Notes under the pieces: model-generated | What the model was told of the DNA's origin: nothing | The model's database searches: none | Seen by the model: only the letters and a program-made list of their open reading frames with translations | Made by a program: the position numbers and the translations under genes | Source: a virus | Lineage: Duplodnaviria > Caudoviricetes | Strand: one strand, 5' to 3' | Length of the DNA: 31,927 bases | IMG/VR virus record: IMGVR_UViG_3300025168_000365 | Coordinates: 1 to 31,927 of that record | Shown: positions 27,211-31,927 of the stretch, one piece after another | Layout of the letters: each line of letters starts with the position of its first letter | Position numbering within the stretch: position 1 is the stretch's first letter

Positions 27211-28425
27211 TTATTGGTTTAGTGACGGTAGTGCGGCAAGCACCTCGTCAATGGTTTGCTTAGTTTCTACTCTCAAGCTCTCGCTGCTCTTGAGCATCCC
27301 TGCTGTGATTCCACGCCCCGAAATCTGAGCGTGCAATTTGTTACGCGCGACTTGCATCTCGCTGTTACCATCTAAGTTGAATCGGTCTAGTACCGTAATC
27401 ATGCGTTCAACATGTTCAAACGCAGACGCTTGCCACGACTTGTAATCTGGGTTTGTGGTAGTGCTCTCTCCACGATAGTCCAGACTTTCTGCCAGCTTCG
27501 TAATGTGCGTGACGGTATCTTTTAAGACCTCATCGGTGAACTTCTTCATGCGCTCCTTGTGTTGGTCTCTGTAAAAGTCACTCACCACCTCGTGCCCTTC
27601 ATCTTCGATGTCGGTGCGCCAGTCAGAGTGCAACTGCTCTACTTCGATGCTTAAGCTAAACAACTTGCGTAGTTCTTCTTTGTCGGGGTAGTCGCTCCTG
27701 TTAAACAACGTATCGTTGTCCCCCTGCAACCGAGCCTGTTCGTCGATCACTGCGTTATCGTAGTCATGTTCAATGAATTGAATGACTTCTTTGTCGAACT
27801 CGTTTTTGATACCAGAGAACTTTTTGATGTACTCAATAACATCTTCATTGGGTATCACCCTGCCGCCATCTTTCGACCAAGGGTAGCTGTCCTTGTAATG
27901 CGCGGTGCGTCCTTGCCCTCCCAGCTTGTATATATTTTGGAGTGATCTGCAATTGGGTAGTAGCTTCTTACTCACCTCCACGCCAGCGTTCTTAAGCCCG
28001 TTAACATCTTTGACCTGACGCGCTGCCTTGTTGTCCCTGCGTTGGTTGTTCCACAAACTACAATGAAACTTTATCAGTGCAGCTGCGCCTTGCAGCTTGG
28101 GGGCAGACATAGTGGATTCGCTAATATGATTTAGCTCCGACACCGGCATTGTTGTAGTCTGTGGTGTTGTCTTCGCCTGCTCTTTAGTGTTGTCTACACT
28201 AATATCTTTAACATCTTGAAAGACTTGGGTGTGGTTCGTAACTACTGGTGTGTGAAACATGGTCGTAGGTATTTCCACTTGCAAGTGTGCGTCACCTACT
28301 GCTGTGTTCTGCACACCTGCGGTTGCGTCTTCCTGTACGGACGTACTAACTTCTTCATTGATGCGTTGCATTTCTATCTCTTTGTCCATTGCTGGCTCCT
28401 CAGTTATAAGATCTTTAAATTCCAT
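27211..28425 (-). CDS. DUF3150-like protein with a low-complexity N-terminal extension
   Basis: SKKLLP, PW...G.R.IP and LFNRSDYP..EELR..F motifs; position beside the AAA and VWA genes. Confidence 0.55.
   Translation of the reverse strand: MEFKDLITEEPAMDKEIEMQRINEEVSTSVQEDATAGVQNTAVGDAHLQVEIPTTMFHTPVVTNHTQVFQDVKDISVDNTKEQAKTTPQTTTMPVSELNHISESTMSAPKLQGAAALIKFHCSLWNNQRRDNKAARQVKDVNGLKNAGVEVSKKLLPNCRSLQNIYKLGGQGRTAHYKDSYPWSKDGGRVIPNEDVIEYIKKFSGIKNEFDKEVIQFIEHDYDNAVIDEQARLQGDNDTLFNRSDYPDKEELRKLFSLSIEVEQLHSDWRTDIEDEGHEVVSDFYRDQHKERMKKFTDEVLKDTVTHITKLAESLDYRGESTTTNPDYKSWQASAFEHVERMITVLDRFNLDGNSEMQVARNKLHAQISGRGITAGMLKSSESLRVETKQTIDEVLAALPSLNQ
28184..28202. promoter_or_regulatory. Intragenic TAGTGT-N5-ACACTA palindrome
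   Basis: TTAGTGTTGTCTACACTAA. Confidence 0.7.
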
Positions 28426-28435
28426 TACGTTCTCC

Positions 28436-29023
28436 TTAAAAGTTACCTTCAGCTACCTGCAAGCAGGTAATTCCATTCGCTCTCCACATATCAACGACAC
28501 GTTTCCGGTCATCGACTGCGCACAAGATATTCTTCTTGTCCACCGTCTTGAGTATATAATCGAGCATCTCCTGCTTGATCTGGTAGTCAGGGTCATGCCT
28601 ACGTTCGTCGGGACGCATAAGTAAGTATGTGTCGAGATCGTGCTCCACCATGCGGCGGTACTTGGGTTCGTGACGGTGGTAGTCCATTACCAGACTCAAA
28701 AATTCTTCTACCTCGCAAGCATCCAGTAAGAAGTTACGTGTAACCTCACGGTACTGCTCCATACGCCCAGTGCAGAAAATGACTTGGGTCGGCTCGAAAC
28801 GGCTTAGGTACATGTGTAGTAGATCTACTATCGGCGTGTTGGGTGTGTCATTGACCATCGCTGCGTTAAAGGCATCGAAGTCTTTCTTCTTACCCTCTAC
28901 AAAGTGTCTGCGGTGTTCGATGTCAGCCAGTGTGCCGTCGATGTCAAAGATGACCGTCGGTATGTTCTCTAGCTGGTGTGTGTTTAAGTTACCCATGATG
29001 TTTGGGTCGGTTTGCATTTCCAT
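28436..29023 (-). CDS. HAD-family phosphatase (PNKP/PseT phosphatase domain only)
   Basis: IFDIDGTLAD, CTGR, LLMR, K and VDDR..VVDMWR..GITCLQV motifs. Confidence 0.88.
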   Translation of the reverse strand: MEMQTDPNIMGNLNTHQLENIPTVIFDIDGTLADIEHRRHFVEGKKKDFDAFNAAMVNDTPNTPIVDLLHMYLSRFEPTQVIFCTGRMEQYREVTRNFLLDACEVEEFLSLVMDYHRHEPKYRRMVEHDLDTYLLMRPDERRHDPDYQIKQEMLDYILKTVDKKNILCAVDDRKRVVDMWRANGITCLQVAEGNF

Positions 29024-29226
29024 TATTTCTGTTCTCCATCAAAGTTTATGTAGTAGTCGTCATCGGTCAGGGTTTTAGTGTTGGTCACACTAAGATCTTC
29101 ACGAGCTTGCTTCCAATGCTGCCACGCAGTATTGCTAAGTTGTTGCTGCCTTCTCCACGCGTACATAGAGGTTTCGGCAGGGGCACTCGGTACGGTCATT
29201 GCGGCATCGAATTTATTGAATCTCAT
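29023..29226 (-). CDS. Small early hypothetical protein
   Basis: GAGG RBS; coupled to its neighbours; contains a palindrome (EDLSVTNTK). Confidence 0.55.
   Translation of the reverse strand: MRFNKFDAAMTVPSAPAETSMYAWRRQQQLSNTAWQHWKQAREDLSVTNTKTLTDDDYYINFDGEQK
29075..29093. promoter_or_regulatory. Intragenic TAGTGT-N5-ACACTA palindrome
   Basis: TTAGTGTTGGTCACACTAA followed by GATCTT. Confidence 0.7.
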
Positions 29227-29416
29227 TGATTGCTACCTCGGCTTTGATTGCGACTGTGAACGTGATGCCACGCTCTTCGTAAAAACGTGCGAAGGTGTTG
29301 ACGGCCTTACATACTTCATTGTAGGACTCGCTGGCGGCGGCAAGCTCTCCGTTCTCTCGTAGCGTCCAGAACCCTGATGGCTCCTCGCCTATGACTAGCT
29401 TTCTTGTATCTGACAT
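29213..29416 (-). CDS. Small early hypothetical protein
   Basis: GGGAG RBS and tight operon packing. Confidence 0.6.
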   Translation of the reverse strand: MSDTRKLVIGEEPSGFWTLRENGELAAASESYNEVCKAVNTFARFYEERGITFTVAIKAEVAINEIQ

Positions 29417-29425
29417 TGTTACTCC

Positions 29426-29752
29426 CTATTTGATTATTGCTTTGTTAAGGTCTTCGCTCATGCAGTCTAGTTGGTAGTCCACGACATACTTCTTACCTGC
29501 GGACAAACCGTACTGTGCAAGCTCTACCAACTTGAGCAGCTGCTCCATCTGATATTTGTGCTTGCTTTGCAGTGACCGTATATCCGCATCATGGTGTATG
29601 GCGCGGTGCCTCTCACGTAGCTCCAACGTGGCTACCTGCTGGAGTAACGCTTCGGTCTCTGTCCAGACCGCTTTCCAATGGGCATCAGCCAATGGCCCCG
29701 AATCACGCGCAATCAAACTCTTAAGGCGCATCATCTCTTTCATCTTGTCCAT
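29426..29752 (-). CDS. Small early coiled-coil protein
   Basis: 108-aa helical ORF with an AGGA RBS. Confidence 0.6.
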   Translation of the reverse strand: MDKMKEMMRLKSLIARDSGPLADAHWKAVWTETEALLQQVATLELRERHRAIHHDADIRSLQSKHKYQMEQLLKLVELAQYGLSAGKKYVVDYQLDCMSEDLNKAIIK

Positions 29753-29754
29753 GT

Positions 29755-30015
29755 CTATCTTCCTATGTGTTGAATGTCTGATGCAGGGATCACCTGATAT
29801 GCACCTTTGTTGTATGCGGGCGCTATCGTGTACTTAGTGTTGGTTACACTAAGATCTTTAGCACGCGTCAATGGTACGGGCGCAGCGAATGCTCGCGATG
29901 GATACTTCTCACGATGAGCACTGCTTTGCTGTTGGCCTAGTGTAGGCTGCACTGAAAGCTCGCGGAAAGAGCGAGCGGGTCGGCGCGGCTTACGGGCTGG
30001 TTTGTATCTTCTCAA
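29755..30015 (-). CDS. Basic early protein with an APAYNKG motif
   Basis: TTG start with a GGAG RBS just downstream of the sigma70 promoter. TIAPAYNKGAYQVI is a motif I recognise from phage hypothetical proteins. Confidence 0.65.
   Translation of the reverse strand: MRRYKPARKPRRPARSFRELSVQPTLGQQQSSAHREKYPSRAFAAPVPLTRAKDLSVTNTKYTIAPAYNKGAYQVIPASDIQHIGR
29834..29852. promoter_or_regulatory. Intragenic TAGTGT-N5-ACACTA palindrome
   Basis: TTAGTGTTGGTTACACTAA followed by GATCTT. Confidence 0.7.
29938..29954. promoter_or_regulatory. Degenerate palindrome copy
   Basis: TAGTGTAGGCTGCACTG (10/12 arm match); nearly the reverse complement of the copy at 31760-31776. Confidence 0.5.
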
Positions 30016-30066
30016 TAGTTTCTCCGACTAACTGTAAAAATTTTTTAAGGGGCATTACACCCAACT

Positions 30067-30095
30067 ATTATAACATATTTAACAGGTAATGTCAA
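30067..30095 (-). promoter_or_regulatory. Consensus sigma70 early promoter
   Basis: - strand reads TTGACA-17 nt-TATAAT with an extended -10 TG. Confidence 0.9.
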
Positions 30096-30139
30096 GTAAA
30101 GTGAAACAGTGGTATCTCAGTGTAGCTAATGATTTGTAC

Positions 30140-30489
30140 TGTAATGTTCTGTAATGTTCCGTATTTGTTCTTGTACGTGGGGGCGTAAGTCATTGATAAC
30201 ACTGTAATGTTCTAATGTTATAAAAAAGACGAGTTTTAGAGGTGTTAGAAAATTACTGAGGTGAGACTCTGCGTACCCCCTAGGAACGAATAGAATTTCA
30301 ATATAGTCGTGTCCCATAGGAGGAACTATAGAACATTGTTAGATTATCTATATATATATATATATAAAAGTATTAGTAGTAAGTAGTAGTAAGTAGATAC
30401 CACCAGATGGCACGTTTGTAATGTTCTTTTTTTGCCGATAATTTGCGAACATTACAGGAACATTACAAGAACATTACAAGAACATTAGG
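30140..30489. repeat. Iteron-like TGTAATGTTC/GAACATTACA repeats around an AT-rich core (putative origin or packaging region)
   Basis: TGTAATGTTC at 30140, 30150, 30203 and 30417; GAACATTACA at 30447, 30458 and 30469 (degenerate at 30480); (TA)9 at 30349-30366. Confidence 0.75.
30186..30198. promoter_or_regulatory. IHF-binding consensus
   Basis: TAAGTCATTGATA matches YAANNNNTTGATW. Confidence 0.55.
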
Positions 30490-30508
30490 TTAGTGTAGCC
30501 AACACTAA
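30490..30508. promoter_or_regulatory. TAGTGT-N5-ACACTA palindrome abutting the iteron array
   Basis: TTAGTGTAGCCAACACTAA, the exact reverse complement of the 24696 copy. Confidence 0.75.
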
Positions 30509-30518
30509 AATCTCTGCG

Positions 30519-30614
30519 TGAAGCCACGCAACGCAACGTAACTCACTGGCTTCAGTTTCAACAACATCTTTAGCTGCCTAGGTGATACACAACGCAACGC
30601 AACTCACTGGTATC
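30519..30614. repeat. Duplicated CAACGCAACGYAACTCACTGG element
   Basis: Copies at about 30529-30549 and 30590-30610, each flanked by a different self-complementary stem. Confidence 0.75.
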
Positions 30615-30653
30615 GAACCGATACCAAAAAAAGAGGATCGGAAAAATTAAGAC

Positions 30654-30680
30654 AAAAAAAAGCGGACTCGAAAGCCCGCT
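30654..30680 (-). terminator. Rho-independent terminator
   Basis: AGCGGGC-TTTCGA-GTCCGCT followed by a T-run on the - strand. Confidence 0.85.
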
Positions 30681-30687
30681 GAAGTTT

Positions 30688-30705
30688 TAGTGTAGAGCTA
30701 CACTA
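30688..30705. promoter_or_regulatory. Palindrome variant with a 6-nt spacer, overlapping a stop codon
   Basis: TAGTGTAGAGCTACACTA. Confidence 0.55.
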
Positions 30706-30903
30706 TTTGTGGGTTTCGAGCACTCCCGTTGCGGTAACACCGACACCGACAACTATTAGCATAGGCCCAACGAAGGAAAACATAACGTGCATTTCTTGAG
30801 ATGTGAAATACCAGCTATGGGTTAGGTATACTCCAGCGCTGAACAGTAAACCGCCCAAAATCAGGGCGGCAATTAGAAATAAGACTTGGGTTATATAATA
30901 CAT
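30703..30903 (-). CDS. Small two-TM membrane protein
   Basis: Two hydrophobic stretches. Start moved to ATG 30903 (GGAG RBS). Confidence 0.65.
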   Translation of the reverse strand: MYYITQVLFLIAALILGGLLFSAGVYLTHSWYFTSQEMHVMFSFVGPMLIVVGVGVTATGVLETHK

Positions 30904-30961
30904 TTTTGAGATCTCCAAATTGTGCGCCCTAGGGCGGCGCACGTTATTAGTGGGTAGTGGG

Positions 30962-31678
30962 TTAGACTTCGTTGTCGTCAGACTCTATTACTTGACGTTT
31001 TATTGCATCATTGATCATAAGACCAAAAGCGTTCAGCGCTGTGGCCGCCCCAGTTACATCTAGTCCAGCGTAATGATACTTGTCATTTTTCTCATCAGAC
31101 GCATCTAGCAAACGATGGAGCTTGTCATAGGCTTTTTTGATCTCAGCGGTCACCGATTCTTTAGGCGGATCAATTACTAATCGTTCCGCATCAGTAAGCT
31201 CCTCGTCAGCCTCGAGCTTGGCGTTAATGCTATCCTTCAGTGCGTCAGTCTCAGCGGTCTCCAAGCGCTTTTTCAGGTTCTCGAACTTCGTGTTCCAGAT
31301 AGGGCGCGTTTCGGTGTATAGCTTTTTCTGTGTGCTATTCAAGCGCTTGGCGGGTTTGCCGTCAGTCGCCATAAATATCTTAGCGATTGCCGAACTGGCC
31401 GCACCTTCGATAGCTAACGCCATGAGTGCTATGCGCCATGCTTTCATCGTCTTGGCTAGAATCAGATCGCTAGACTCAAACTTAGACGATAATCGCTCAG
31501 CGGTAATCTCCATCTCACCCGCTTGGTTGTGCTCTTGTACCGCTGCGAACAATTTGTCACCCGCTTTCAGATCCGCTTTTCCCGCTTTGCTGCTGGATTT
31601 CATAGCGGCCGCAATTGCTACCGGCAAGGCTGCTGGCGTGAATGCTGGCTCGTTGTGTGTCTTATCTACTGTTTTCAT
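30962..31678 (-). CDS. Early hypothetical protein (helical)
   Basis: 238-aa ORF downstream of a candidate promoter. Confidence 0.7.
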   Translation of the reverse strand: MKTVDKTHNEPAFTPAALPVAIAAAMKSSSKAGKADLKAGDKLFAAVQEHNQAGEMEITAERLSSKFESSDLILAKTMKAWRIALMALAIEGAASSAIAKIFMATDGKPAKRLNSTQKKLYTETRPIWNTKFENLKKRLETAETDALKDSINAKLEADEELTDAERLVIDPPKESVTAEIKKAYDKLHRLLDASDEKNDKYHYAGLDVTGAATALNAFGLMINDAIKRQVIESDDNEV

Positions 31679-31728
31679 GTTGTTTTCTCTTCTGTTATTA
31701 AGTTAATGTGATTCGCATCACCTAATAC

Positions 31729-31756
31729 ACTTTAATGATTTCTAATGGCTTTGCAA
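31729..31756 (-). promoter_or_regulatory. Candidate sigma70-type promoter
   Basis: TTGCAA-16 nt-TAAAGT on the - strand. Confidence 0.4.
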
Positions 31757-31758
31757 GT

Positions 31759-31777
31759 TTAGTGCAGCCTACACTAA
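31759..31777. promoter_or_regulatory. Palindrome copy immediately upstream of the candidate -35
   Basis: TTAGTGCAGCCTACACTAA. Confidence 0.7.
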
Positions 31778-31927
31778 AACCCGACCCCACCCACCGCTTG
31801 TGCCATTTAGGTTCCCTTTATTTCTTAGTATTACTAATCCCCACGAACAAATCGTAATTCTCCAAAATACGGTTGTTTATACTCCCCACAGGAAGACCCC
31901 CCACCCTAAAAATATAAGTACCTAGCA

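Noticed and set aside
30126-30317. 63-aa ORF in the repeat region
   Set aside because: No clear RBS, and the translation simply reflects the DNA repeats (EHYS twice).
11612-31711. + strand ORFs over the replication and early genes
   Set aside because: They are antisense shadows of well-supported - strand genes.
23206-31777. Palindromes or 10-mer repeats as a CRISPR array
   Set aside because: Spacing is irregular (hundreds to thousands of bp) or directly tandem, without unique spacers.
31779-31906. C-rich runs as a G-quadruplex or terminus signal
   Set aside because: Only three closely spaced G3 runs per cluster on the - strand, and the context is cut off by the window end.

Overview
This window is part of a tailed dsDNA phage genome, probably podovirus-like. 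It has two convergent arms. The + strand (1-11420) carries five virion/ejection-type genes ending in a 2123-aa polyvalent protein with a zincin HExxH motif and a PLxRFG-like motif. The - strand (11497-31678) carries early genes (small ORFs, a HAD/PNKP-type phosphatase, and a DUF3150-like + MoxR AAA + metallopeptidase-VWA cluster). These are followed by a replication module: VRR-NUC nuclease, Leu762-type PolA, Cas4-like exonuclease, SNF2 helicase, SSB-like proteins and a primase/DUF927 helicase. The most striking signals are non-coding. (1) A palindrome TAGTGT-N5-ACACTA occurs about 10 times, all within 23.2-31.8 kb, and several copies lie inside reading frames. (2) An origin/terminus-like region has inverted 10-bp repeats, an IHF box and (TA)9, next to a perfect sigma70 promoter. 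(3) Three intergenic, pseudoknot-rich putative RNAs lie on the transcribed strand, one with a duplicated pseudoknot whose stems show compensatory changes. A short hydrophobic-x-x-GG peptide tag also recurs in four consecutive virion proteins. All family calls come from recognising motifs by eye; no database search was run.
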